A stretch of DNA of 64,000 bases from Somniosus microcephalus (lineage: Eukaryota): contig CM126208.1 in the NCBI GenBank assembly GCA_052327205.1, positions 109,492,001 to 109,556,000 on the forward strand. The letters run 5' to 3'. Positions 49,681 to 61,312 of this stretch are shown here, piece by piece. The notes beneath the pieces are model-generated. The model ran no database searches and was not told the origin of the DNA. It saw only the letters and a list, made by a program, of their open reading frames with translations. Both the position numbers and the translations under genes were made by a program. How positions within the stretch are numbered: position 1 is the first letter of the stretch; every line of letters starts with the position of its first letter.

Positions 49681-52600
49681 TGGGATACAGAGAGGAGCTA
49701 TAATAGGGGGTGATGTACAGCCAAATATAGAGGAAAAAATAAGTCAGACTGGAAGGAGAGCAAATATGTAACGGCACAAGGGAGTAGGGCAAGGCTAAAT
49801 GGCATTTATTTTAATGCAAGGAGTCTTACGAATAAGGTGGATGAACTGAAAGTGTTGATGAACACATGGGAGTATGATATTGTTGCTATCATGGAGACAT
49901 GGTTGAGGGAGGGGCAAGACTGGTAGCTCAATATTCCGGGGTATAGAATCTTCAGGTGAGACAGAGAGGGGGGGGGTAAAAGAGGAGGGGGTGTCACAAT
50001 ATTAATTAAGGAGACAATTACTGCTGTAAGGAGGGATGATATATTAACAGGTTCCTCTAATGAGGCCATATGGGTTGAACTTAAAAACAAAAAGGGGGCT
50101 AGCACTTTGCTGGGAGTGTACTACAGACCCCCAAACAGCCAGGGGGAGATAGAGGAACAGATATGTAGGCAAATCTCAGAGAAGTGTGCAAATAATAGGG
50201 TAATTATAGTGGGGGATTTCAACTTCCCCAATATTAACTGGGATAGTCAGAGTGTGAAAGGCTTAGAGGGTGCAAAATTCTTAACGTGCATCCAGGAGAG
50301 CTTTTTGAGTCAGCATGTAGAAAGTCCTACAAGAGAGGGGGTGGTACTGGACCTAATTCTAGGGAATGTGGCCGGGCAAGTGGTAGAAGTGTTTGTAGGT
50401 GAGCACTTTGGTGACAGTGACCATAATTCAGTGAGATTTAAGGTAGTCATGGAAAAGGACAAGGATGGACCGGAAATAAAGGTTCTAAATTGGGGGAAGG
50501 CCGATTTTAATATGATAAGGCAGGATCTGGCCAATGTGGACTGGGATCAGCTACTTGAAGGAAAATCCACATCGGAGCAATGGGAGTCTTTCAGAAAGGA
50601 AATTGAGAGAGTACAATGGCAACATGTTCCTGCAAAGGTCAAGGGTGGGACCAACAAGCCCAGGGAACCTTGGATGTCAAGGGATATACGAGAATGGATT
50701 AGGAAAAAAAGGGGGGCTTTTGGCAGATACAAAGGACTAAAGACAGAGGAAGCCCTAGAGGAGTATAAAAAGTGCAGGGGGATACTTAAAAAAGAAATTA
50801 GGAGAGCAAGGAGGGGCCATGAAATAACACTGGCGAGCAAAATAAAGGAAAATTCTAAGGTGTTTTATAAGTATATTAAGGGCAAGAGGATTACTAGGGA
50901 AAGAGTAGGGCCCATTAGGGACCAAAGTGGCAAACTGTGTGTAGATCCAGAGGATGTAGGTGGGGTTTTAAATGAATTTTTTGCATCTGTGTTCACTATG
51001 GAGAAGGACGATGTGGACATAGAAATCGGGCAGGGGGACTGTGATATACTTGAACATATTAGCATCGAGAGGGAGGAGGTACTAGCGGTTTTAGCAGGCT
51101 TAAAAGTGGATAAATCCCCAGGCCCGGATGAGATGTATCCCAGGCTACTATGTGAGGCAAAGGAGGAGATTGCAGGGGCTCTGACACAAATTTTCAGAAC
51201 CTCTCTGGCCACAGGGGATGTGCCAGAGGACTGGAGAACAGCTAACATAGTACCATTATTCAAGAAGGGTAGTAGGGATAAACCAGGGAATTACAGGCCG
51301 GTGAGCCTAACATCAGTGTGATGTGCCTTCAATAACCACAAAACTAGAAGTTATAGACTTTAACAAGTTGGCTTTTAATCACTAAGATCAGAGCTAACAT
51401 CTCAACACACTGACTGGCTCGCAGGAGTGAGTCATACAGATCCTGGGATCTTTATGTAAGAGAAGTCAGGGGCGGAGCCAAGAGCCAAGACCTGGAACCT
51501 TCCAGGTTAGTCAGGAAAGAGGAAGTGAAACTATACACCATGTGGGGGAGGGTAATATACATGAGTGCAAAACGAATACAGGCAAGAACGAATACAGATT
51601 TCATTACACAGTGGTAGGGAAATTATTGGAAAAAATTCTGAGGGACAGAATTGGTCTCCACTTGGAGAGGCAAGGATTAATTAGGGATAGCCAGCATGGC
51701 TTTGTCAAGGGAAGATCATGTCTGACCAATTTGATTGAATTTTTCGAGGGGGTGACTAGGTGTGTGGATGAGGGTAGTGCAGTGGATGTGGTTTACATGG
51801 ATTTCAGTAAGACTTTTGATAAAGTCCTGCATAGGAGACTGGTCAGAAAGGTAAGAGACCATGGGATCCAGGGTGCCTTGGCACATTGGATCCAAAACTG
51901 GCTTAGTGGCAGAAGGCAGAGGGTGATGGTGGAAGGTTGTTTTTGTGACTGGAAGCCTGTGTCCAGTGGGGTACCGCAGGGATCAGTGCTGGGTCCCTTG
52001 CTGTTTGTGGTCTACATTAATGATTTGGATGTGAATGTAAAAGGTATGATCAGTAAGTTCACAGATGACACGAAAATTGGTGGGGTGGTAAATAGCGAGG
52101 CGGGAAGCCTCAGGCTACAGGATGATATAGATGGGTTGGTCAGATGGGCGGAACAGTGGCAAATGGAATTTAACCCTGAAAAGTGTGAGGTGATGCATTT
52201 TGGATGGACTAACAAGGCAAGGGAATACACAATGAATGGTAAGACCCTAGGAAAGACAGAGGATCAGAGGGACCTTGGTGTGCATGTACATAGATCCCTG
52301 AAGGCAGCAGAACAGGTGGATACGGTGGTTAAAGAGGCATATGGGATACTTGCCTTCATTAGCCGAGGCATAGAATATAAGAGCAGGGAGGTTATGATGG
52401 AGCTGTACAAAACGCTGGTAAGGCCACAGCTGGAGTACTGTGTGCAGTTCTGGTCGCCACACTATAGGAAGGATGTGATTGCTTTGGAGAGGGTGCAGAG
52501 GAGATTTACCAGGATGTTACCTGGGCTGGAGCGCTTCAGCTATGAAGAAAGACTGGACAGGCTGGGGTTGTTTTCCTTGGAGCAGAGAAGGCTGAGGGGG

Positions 52601-52983
52601 GACCTGATTGAGGTATACAAAATTATGAGGGGCATAGATAGGGTGGATAGAAAGGAACTTTTCCCCTTAGTAGAGGGGTCAATAACAAGGGGGCATAGAT
52701 TCAAGGTAAGGGGCAGGAGGTTTAGAGGGGATTTGAGGAAAAACTTTTTCACCCAGAGGGTGGTTGGAATCTGGAACTCACTGTCTGAAAGGGTGGCAGA
52801 GGCAGGAACCCTCACAACATTCAAGAAGCATTTGGATGAGCACTTGAAACGCCATAGCATACAAGGCTACGGACCAAATGCTGGAAAATGGGATTAGATT
52901 AGATAGGGCTTGATGGTCGGCGCGGACGCGATGGGCCAAAGGACCTCTTCCTGTGCTGTATAACTCTATGACTCTATGACTCT
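49681..52983 (+). mobile_element. CR1 LINE, whole ORF2 region, same subfamily as 43913-49260; split by solo LTR
   Basis: ORFs 50107-51321 and 51542-52897 are colinear ORF2; (ACTCTATG)n tail; possible AAAT target duplication. Confidence 0.95.
51319..51608 (-). mobile_element. Solo LTR (290 bp)
   Basis: TG...CA termini, TSD CAGTG (51314-51318, 51609-51613); removal restores SLTSVVGKLL; minus-strand ATTAAA; GC box. Confidence 0.88.
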
Positions 52984-53290
52984 AAATCTGTTCCGTGGGG
53001 CAAGAACAGGCTGAAAAGATGGGTCTACCAGAGCAGTCCTGTTTGTGGATCTTGGAAAGGAGGCTTTGCGGGGTTGGGCGGACTATGAGGTTGGAGGCCA
53101 TGGAGGGAAGACCTCCAGAAGAGATGAGGTCAGTGACAGTCTTGGAATTGATAGCTTGATGTTTGGCAGTGGGGTCATGTTCCAGAGGGAGGTAAGAGGA
53201 GGTGTCGGAGAGTTGGCGTTCAGCCTCCGCAAGGTAGAGGTCAGTTCGCCAAACAACAACAACACACACTTGTCAGCAGGTTTGAAGACA

Positions 53291-53678
53291 ATAGAAACAT
53301 AGAAACATAGAAGATAGGAGCAGGAGTAGGCCATCCGGCCCTTCGAGCCTGCTCCGCCATTCAACGAGATCATGGCTGATCATCCAAACCCTAGCACCCG
53401 GTCCCTACACCGACAGCCATCCCACCCAAGCCCTATCCCCGTAACCCCGTAAACCCACATATTTAATCCCCCCTAACACTAAGGGCCAATTTTTATCATG
53501 GCCAATCAACCTAACCCGCACATCTTTGGACTGTGGGAGGAAACCGGAGCACCCGGAGGAAACCCACGCAAACACGGGGAGAATGTGCAAACTCCACACA
53601 GACAGTCACCCGAGGCCGGATTTGAACCCGGGTCCCTGGCGCTGTGAGGCAACAGTGCTAACCACTATGCCACCGTGC
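53291..53678 (-). mobile_element. Full-length HE1 / V-SINE
   Basis: tRNA-derived head with A box TGGCATAGTGG and B box GGTTCAAATCC, V-domain, CR1-type tail (TCTATGTT)n. Confidence 0.93.
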
Positions 53679-54217
53679 TTGGGGTGTTAGGGTTGGATCT
53701 GAGAGAACAGAGTGCTGCAAGTTCAGAGGGAGATAAGTTGGAGTGAGTAAAGGGAGCAAGAAATTGAGATGGCCGATGTCAAGCCAGCAGTTCACAATGA
53801 AAAGATCTAGAGAGGGTAAGCCCACTGACTTCCACAGCTACCTTGACTACACTTCCTCCCACCCTGCTTCCTGTAAGGGTTCTATTCTATTCTCCCAGTT
53901 TCTCTGTCTCCATTGCATCTGTTCTGATGATGCTATTTTCCATACTAATGCTTCCGATATGTCTTCCTTTTTCCTCAAGATTTCTAAATGACCTCTGGTG
54001 ACTTCTAAGTAAAAAGGTTTGCAACCCTACAACCAGCACTATTTAGAGTGATCATAGTCCAACATGGCTAGTTATGATGTTCCATTAGATGTAAACTCAT
54101 GCCAATAATGGTTTTGTCATTAAGGGTTGTGACGGTGGATAAATGTCTCAGAGAAGAGATGTGTACTGCAGATTAACCTGTGCCAAATTCTGATGGAACT
54201 ATAGCTGGCTTGGAAGC

Positions 54218-55295
54218 AGTTACTAGGGAAGTCACATCAGAAGTCCTAACCACTAAAATTGCTGTTATTTCCCCAGAGCACAAGATAGGGAAGGCACTGG
54301 ATTTTTGTGATCTCATTGTTACACAGAGAAAGAAGTTTGAATTTGCTTCCCATCTGATAAAATAGAAACAGGCTAGTTTTCTGTCTGTTTCCATCGGGCC
54401 TTTACTGGTCTTTCTCCAGAGTTATGGAGAGAAACTGATGGAATCTTTGGAGATTTTTCATTTAAATTACCTGCCGCGTCTCCATATGCCTTAACACATT
54501 TCAGTGATGATTTCATGAAATAGAGCTCCCAGTAGAGAGTCATGCCTGTTAGGAGTGTATATTGAGAATTTTGGCATGTAGTCTCCATGATTTTCCAGCT
54601 TTTATTTAAAAAACCCCATGGGTTACAAAGACTGCTTTGAAGAATTTTGCCACTGGGGGCCAAGCAAATGGAAGGGCATAAATGCAGAGTGGTCCTACGA
54701 CAAAGAGAGGGCACCCAGGCGAACATTGTCTTTTTTACATTTGGCCTCCTTTCACTGCCCGGTATTAATGGGCACTGAACATCTGGGGTGCTGCTCAGGT
54801 ATTCAAGTCACATCCAGTCATTCTTTTTTAAATACAGTTTGCGGGGTCAGTGGGCGGGCACCTCATTTGTATAGGGCAGGCGAATGGAAACGCCACTACG
54901 TGCACATCTCTGCTTTCACCTCCCCCATGCAGCAGGAAAATTTGATGCCGAAGCCACAAGGGAAGGCTTGCCAGCCTTCACCCCACCCTCCAACCGAGCC
55001 ATGGCCCCATGGCTCCCTTAGTAAGGGAGTTACTAGGGAAGTCACTTCTGAAGTCCTAACCACTAAAACTGCTGTTTTTTCCCTGGAACACAAGATAGAG
55101 AAGATACTGAATTTTTGTAATCTCACTGCTACAGAGAAAGAAGTTTGAATTTCCTTCCCATCTGATGGAATAGAAACAAGCCAGGCTATTTTGCCCATCA
55201 AGGCTGCTCCACCAATTTTTTCCTCTGTTCTCTGCTGATTTCTGCTGGGCCTTTGCTGGTCTTTCCCCAGCGTTACAGAGGGCAACTGGCGGAAC
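54218..55295 (+). repeat. Diverged direct repeat pair (54218-54445 and 55028-55295)
   Basis: Both start AGTTACTAGGGAAGTCAC.TC.GAAGTCCTAACCACTAAAA and stay alignable for 150-220 bp. Confidence 0.85.
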
Positions 55296-56099
55296 ATGTG
55301 GGGATTTTAGGGGCTAGTGCGTGCGAGACCCTAATGCGCTAAGTGCTTCCCACCCACATTGTAGTAAGCTGAGCTTACCACGTGTGATGTAGGCCTCAGG
55401 CATCTATGCCAGATAATATAGGGCGTTAATGATTGAAGTACCGCAGCACCTTAGGGGCAGTGAGCTACCCTTGTTTCCACATGTATGGGGCAGGCAGGAA
55501 CCAGAGATGTGCCCCAAGTGGCACTTGCTCCTGCTGGCCCCACGCAAATGTGGTGCCCTTGCACTGACCTTACAAACACTGGTGGGGGTTAAGGTCAGAG
55601 GGCGCTCATGGGCATGATCCTAGAGCAAACGTCATGACCACCACCCATGACATTTTGGGGCCGCTCTGTTCAGCACAGTTTACATTGCAGGTCAGTGTAA
55701 TTGATACAACTGTTTGTTGTTTTTTATTTTACGAAGAGGGATAGCTAAGCCTGAATCCACAGACTGTCATCGCTTTTGTTCACATCCATTTATTATTTAG
55801 TAAATCTGCTTGCAGTTTTTAGCCTAAGCCACAGTCTGGCAACGTGTTTACTCAACCACTTTCCAAAGTCAAGGAAAATCATGTGAGGGCACATGATATA
55901 ACCAGCTGCTGAAATATAATGACAAAATGATTTTGTTTTACCCTTGAAATCACTACAAATTACTTAGATATTGAGCAGAAAAAAGCACTCTGGGTCAATA
56001 AGGACTCAGCTACAGGAATGGTCTGTGATGCTGAATCTGAAAAAAAATATCTGGAGCAAAAGTACAGAAACATAACACCGCTCTCTTCATTAATGGAAA

Positions 56100-56673
56100 G
56101 AGGTTCCGTTACATGAATATGCAGTGGGCCTGTACCAAATCTTGCATATGAATGCCTACCACCCATGCAGTTGCCATGATTCACTTTATGCCAGTCCATG
56201 GCACCACTAATATTTCAGATACAGGACCGCCCACTTTCTCTCCACCACTAAAACCACTGCCTCCAAAGCTTCATTGGAAAACCTCCGGGCTCTCTCCCTG
56301 GGGTGGCAATCTGCCATCAGGAATTGTAAATAAGTGCTCCTTCTCCTTGTCCTTCTTCTTATGGTTGTTGAGGCAGCTGCACAGCCAACAATGCTGAGAA
56401 TGAGGTGCTGCAGCATCAATGAACCTTCCCTTTAAGTAGTGAAAAAAGCCCATGGCAATCATTACTTGAGTTTAGACTACACCCGACATTGGTCCATCTT
56501 TTCAGTGTAACACCAATCAGCTTGGGTTTTTAGACTAGAATCATGACAGCAATTATTTTAATGAGGAGTGAGGACGAATTTTGCGTGCAGTCTGGACGAT
56601 TTTCGCCTGGCCCTACTTAACCATTTTTAGTCTAAACACTGCCCATTCATTGGCTTTAATGAATTTCTAGCCC
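56100..56673 (-). mobile_element. Harbinger-family remnant with Myb/SANT fragment
   Basis: RERARRFSNEALEAVVLVVERKWAVLY; terminus GGGCTAGAAATTC on minus strand. Confidence 0.65.
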
Positions 56674-57708
56674 AATAACAAGTGGAAACCTTTATGGGGT
56701 TCAGCCACACATCGAAACAGTTGTCCCTAGAGACCGTTTGCAAAGCCAATTGTCCCATGCTGCGATTTTCTGGTCACAAGGAAAGTAACAAATATTTTTG
56801 ACATTTAAAACAAGATTACTGTAGTGCTAAAATGTTCTACCAATCAGTGCAATGACTTCCTTTCAAAACACAAGAATTTAACTATCTTCTTAATTAATAT
56901 TTATGATGAACCTGCAGACTGAACCTTACCTATTCCTCTAACAGAGTGCTTCTCAAACTGGGGTCCGCAGACCCCTGGGGGTCCATAGAGACTTTACAGG
57001 GGGTCCACAAATTAATGTGAAAGTTACTTTTTTTCATTGATAACATCTTTCAGTGAGTTGCATTTTGTGATGATATCTTCTTCCTTTCTGCAATAAATAT
57101 ACAATTGTATTATCCTTTACTCTGTTGACTTCTTTGTCTTTGAGAAGCCTGCAACGCATCTCCCTAATGACCATGCGGTTGCTCAGTAAAGTCATCCCCA
57201 GGCTCCGGCGCGGGATCCTGGCGGGGTCTGGCTGCGGCAGTCAGGTAGAGGCAGCCAGGAGGAGGAGGAGCGCGGTGGGTCAGGCCGCTGCTCAGCCTCT
57301 TTCGGGACCTGATGGAGCAGCAGAAGGCGGCTCGCGGTTGCTGCAGCCAGGCCCCCGACGCTGCAAGACGGCGAGCGGAGAGTGAGAGTTCGCGACTCGA
57401 CCTACGGGCGCCATGTATCAGCCTCACTGAAGAAACAAAAAGCGAGTTGGAACCCGGTACAGTCGGTACACTCCCTGGTCAGAGCCAGTGCACGATTCCC
57501 TCCCAGGCTGGATCCCTACCCCCACAGATACTCTGAAGCGATATAAATCAGCTTAAATATATTTTAATCTTCCTTGTGAAAAACCAATGTACAATTCCCA
57601 GTGAGAAAACTTCAATTAAACCCAAGTTACAGGTGGGAAAGTATCAGCACTCAATGCATTTTCTTACAATGCACTTTTCATGGCTGATAGTTTGACAAGT
57701 ACTTCCAT

Positions 57709-58660
57709 TATCATAGAATCATAGAATGATACAGCACAGAAGAAGGCCGTTCGGCCCATCTGGCCTGTGCTGGCTCTTTGGTAGATGTACTGGCCGTGCT
57801 AGACGTGCTCCTATCTAGTTATCCAGAAAGTTAAACACTTATTCAAAATAATTCTTCGTGAAGCCATTTGCTGTTTGAAGCCTTTACTTGAACAATTTTT
57901 GTGAAACTGTAAACAAAGACAAAGTATGTTTTGTACATAAACTGAGTACTACACATTTGATATTACATAAGATATAACATATTTATAACAGTAGAATAGA
58001 TTAATTGTATAACTAACTAACATTTGGACTCACTTCTGTAACTATCAAATATTAACCTTTTATAAACATAGTGTTATCAAAATACTACTCTGACAACGTT
58101 GCTATTATGCTAACAAACAAAGATACTCACAGATATTGCGCTTGGCCTAACATATGAAATCAGATTACATTGGATTGTGAAACCCTCATGGAATCCTCCA
58201 TTACTGCCAGGTTCTTCCTGGAATTCTCCTTCCTGGGATTCTACTTCCTGGGTTACACAGGAAGAAAGGTACGAAGGTCAAATGACCTCTCACAGGAAGA
58301 AAGGAACAAAGGTCAAATGACCTCACACAGGAAGAAAGGAACAAAGGTCAGAAGACCTTTCCAGCATACCTACTGCTAACACAATAACCACCACCAGAGG
58401 GTGCTATCTGCATAATAAAATGTTCACGGCATGTAAAAGTCCATTGGTCCAGAACAGTAGAGCTATTCAACTAGTCCCAGTTCCCCACTCTCCATAGCCC
58501 TGCAAATGTTTCCCCTTCAAGTATTTATCCAATTCCATATTTGAAAGTTACAATTTAATCTGCTTCAACCACCCTTTCAGGCAGTATATTCCAGATTACA
58601 ACAACTCGCTGTGTAAAAAAAAATGTTTCCCCATGTCGCCTCTGGATCTTTTGCCAATTA
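57709..58660 (-). mobile_element. Short CR1 3' fragment split by a solo LTR
   Basis: (TTCTATGA)n tail at 57711-57727; CR1 C-terminal sequence at 58457-58660. Confidence 0.8.
57786..58456. mobile_element. Solo LTR (671 bp)
   Basis: Termini TGTACTGG / CCAGAACA, TSD GTAGA (57781-57785, 58457-58461); internal short tandem repeats CACAGGAAGAAAGG..CAAAGGTCA at 58256-58352. Confidence 0.82.
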
Positions 58661-58661
58661 G

Positions 58662-58871
58662 TACCCAGAATTGATGAAAGAAGCAATGAAAATGTTGCTA
58701 CCTTTCCCAACAACATACATTTGTGAAACATCATTTTCTGCTATGGCTGCAATGAAGACAAAGTACAGGTCCCATCTGGAAGTGGAGAATGATTTATGAA
58801 TGTCATTGTCAAACACCACACCAAGGATAGACAGACATTGCAGTGAGAAGCAGGCACATCCATCTCACTGA
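58662..58871 (+). pseudogene. hAT transposase dimerisation-domain fragment
   Basis: Manual translation YPELMKEAMKMLLPFPTTYICETSFSAMAAMKTKYRSHLEVENDL*MSLSNTTPRIDRHCSEKQAHPSH*. Confidence 0.85.
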
Positions 58872-58915
58872 TATCTGAGTAAATACCTGTTTTCTTAAAA
58901 GCATTATTAAAAAAT

Positions 58916-60165
58916 CCTGACATCAGTTGTCGGGAAAATTCTGCAATTTATTATTAAGGAAGTGGTAATAGGGAATTTAGAAAATCATAATAAGATTAGG
59001 CAGAGTCAACATGGTTTTATGCAAGGGAAATCGTGTTTAACAAATGTATTAGAGTTCTTTGAGAACGTAACTAGCAAGGTAGATAAATGGGAACCAGTGG
59101 ATGTAGTATATTTGGATTTCCAGAAGGCGAGCGATAAGGTGCCACATAAAAGGTTGTTATGCAAGATAGGGGCTCATGGGGTTGGGAGTAATATATTAGC
59201 GTGGATAGAGGATTGGTTAATGGACAAAAAACAGAGAGTAGGGATAAACGGGTCATTTTCAGGTTGGCAGGCTGTAACTAGTGGGGTGCCACAAGGATCC
59301 CCAGCCTCAACTACTTACAATCTATATTAATGAAGGGACTGAGTGCAATGTATCCAAGTTTACTGATGATACAAAACTAGGTAGGAAAGTAAGCTGTGAG
59401 GAGGACAGAAAGAGCTCGCAAAGGGATATAGACAGGTTAAGTAAGTGGGCAATAAGGTGGCAGATGGAATATAATGTTGGGCAATGTGAGGTTATTCATT
59501 TTGGTTGGAAGAATAGAAAAACTGAATATTTTTTAAATGGTGGGAGAGTGTTCAGAGAGATTTAGGTGTCCTCGTACAGGAAGCACAGAGTTGGCACGCA
59601 GGTACAGCAAGCAATTAGAAAGGCAAATGGCATGTTTGCCTTTATTGCAAGGGGGTTGGAGTACAAGCGTAAGGAAGTTTTGCTACAATTGTACAGGGCC
59701 TTGGTGAGACCACACCTAGAGTACTGTGCACAGTTTTGGTCTCCTTATCTGAGGAAGGATATACTTGTGTTAGAGACGGTGCAACGAATGTTCACTAGAT
59801 TGATTCCTGGGATGAGAGGGTTGTCCTATGAGGAGAGATTGAGTAGATTGGGCCTATAACCTCTGGAGTTTAGAAGAATGAGAGGTAATCTTATTAAAAC
59901 ATACAAGAATCTGAGGGAGATTGACAGGGTAAATGCTGAGAGGTTGTTTCCCTTAGCTGGAGTGTCTAAAACTAGGGGGCATAGTCTCAGGATAAGGGGC
60001 CGACTGGGATGACGAAGAATTTTTTCACTCAAGAGGGTTGTGAATCTTTGGAATTCTCTACTCCAAAGGGCTGTGGATGCTGAATCGTTGAGTATATTCA
60101 AGGCTGAGATGGATAGATTTTTGGATTCTAGGGGAATCAAGGGATCTGGCAATCAGGCGGAGAAG
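58916..60165 (+). mobile_element. CR1 LINE RT fragment
   Basis: QHGF, YLDFQKA, FTDD, RPHLEYCAQFWSP motifs, broken frames. Confidence 0.92.
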
Positions 60166-60869
60166 ATTGCAAAGTTTGGCAATGATGCAGAAAGATTTCT
60201 GTATTTCATCATAAAACCTGATGTTCGTATGACCTTATGTTGTGTAGATTACATTCTGTCCTTCACTTAAACCCTGCATCTCTACTGGCATCATGTGGAT
60301 ATTGACTAGATTCAAGTTGCATTGCTCTTATGCACAAAGAAGAGTTTCAGTAGCATTATGCTGCACTATATTGGCACATCTTGACTTTGGCTGAGTTAAT
60401 AACGAGTTAGTTATTCATGTATGTAGAAGGCAAACACAACAGTGACAGCAGTGTGGCTAATTCCAGATATTACAGAGTTAAAACATTCATCAATTTCAGG
60501 ACCATGTTATTTCTTACAACAGGATAGGTTTACTGAATGTTTCAGAAAACTGCAGTTTGTTCGGGATGAAGGCAGGGAGTCTGAGCTCCATGGTACGTAT
60601 ATTGGGTGACTTCAATAACTTTGAAGAGTTTGAGACAGAGCTAAGGAGATGGAATGCAAGTTGGATAAATGTTCCATGGAAGATCATCCAGATACAGTAC
60701 TATTACTTTGACATTACAACACTTGAATATAGTTTTATGCACTACAATCAATGCTACTGTATCAGTCTCCAGGAACCATTGGAGGCTGCCACTAAAAAGA
60801 TAAGTAATACATTTTTACTTAATTGTGGAGCCAGAAGTGTGCCTCCTAGCTCCGCATTAAAACTGCAAG

Positions 60870-61200
60870 CACTGCTGGCCATTGCTCACCCCCAACCCCG
60901 CCGATCTCCTATTCTGAAACCCAAAAACACCAGTAGAGATCAAATACAAAAGCTCATCAAGAGCAGTCAATAGGGGTGATGAAACAATGATTCCACGGCC
61001 TGGACTGGTCTCAGGGTTTCCTACAGTACAGCCCCGAGAAAGCACCAAGGATAATGCTGGTGCGCTGCCTCCTGCATAACCTGGCCCTGCAGAGGGGAGA
61101 GCTACCATTGGTGACAAATGAAGAGGAGGAAGCTGTTGAACTGGAGGATGCAGCAGGAAGCCTGCATCATTAGCTTAGAGCCAGAGCTGTATGCCAGCCA
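60870..61200 (+). mobile_element. Harbinger transposase C-terminal remnant
   Basis: LDWSQGFLQYSPEKAPRIMLVRCLLHNLALQRG, homologous to the 31311-31450 peptide. Confidence 0.65.
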
Positions 61201-61204
61201 GAGC

Positions 61205-61312
61205 TATACTGCACTGAAGTATCAGCCCAGATTAGCTTATGTGCTCAAGTCTCTAGAGTGGGGCTTGAACCCACATTCGTCTCACTCTGGCAATGAGGCA
61301 AGGCTGACACCT
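61205..61312 (-). mobile_element. Deu-SINE head fragment
   Basis: TACTGCACTGAAGTATCAGCC.AGATT...GGGCTTGAACCC matches 5267-5325. Confidence 0.6.

Larger units (their letters stand above)
43058..53980 (-). mobile_element. Penelope-like element (RT and GIY-YIG), in four pieces: 43058-43912, 49261-49680, 52984-53291, 53679-53817, plus inverted piece 53818-53980
   Basis: IGEIKRRLGDHLAEH, RVPLVLAFH, LFTIDVQSL, LNNFSF...QIKRVAMGT, KPADK, KIHKQDCSGRPI, KPTD.HSYLDYTSSHP motifs in colinear order. Confidence 0.88.
56942..58915 (+). mobile_element. hAT (Charlie/Buster-type) transposon remnant with nested inserts
   Basis: Left end GTGCTTCTCAAACTGGGGTCCGCAGACCCC; transposase C-terminus at 58662-58871; right TIR not found, so the link between the two parts is inferred. 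Confidence 0.65.

Noticed and set aside
51542-52897. 451-aa ORF with novel N-terminus
   Set aside because: First 22 or so residues derive from the solo LTR with a non-ATG start; the rest is ordinary CR1 RT
53600-53678. tRNA gene
   Set aside because: A and B boxes belong to the tRNA-derived head of an HE1 SINE; continues directly into V-domain and LINE tail
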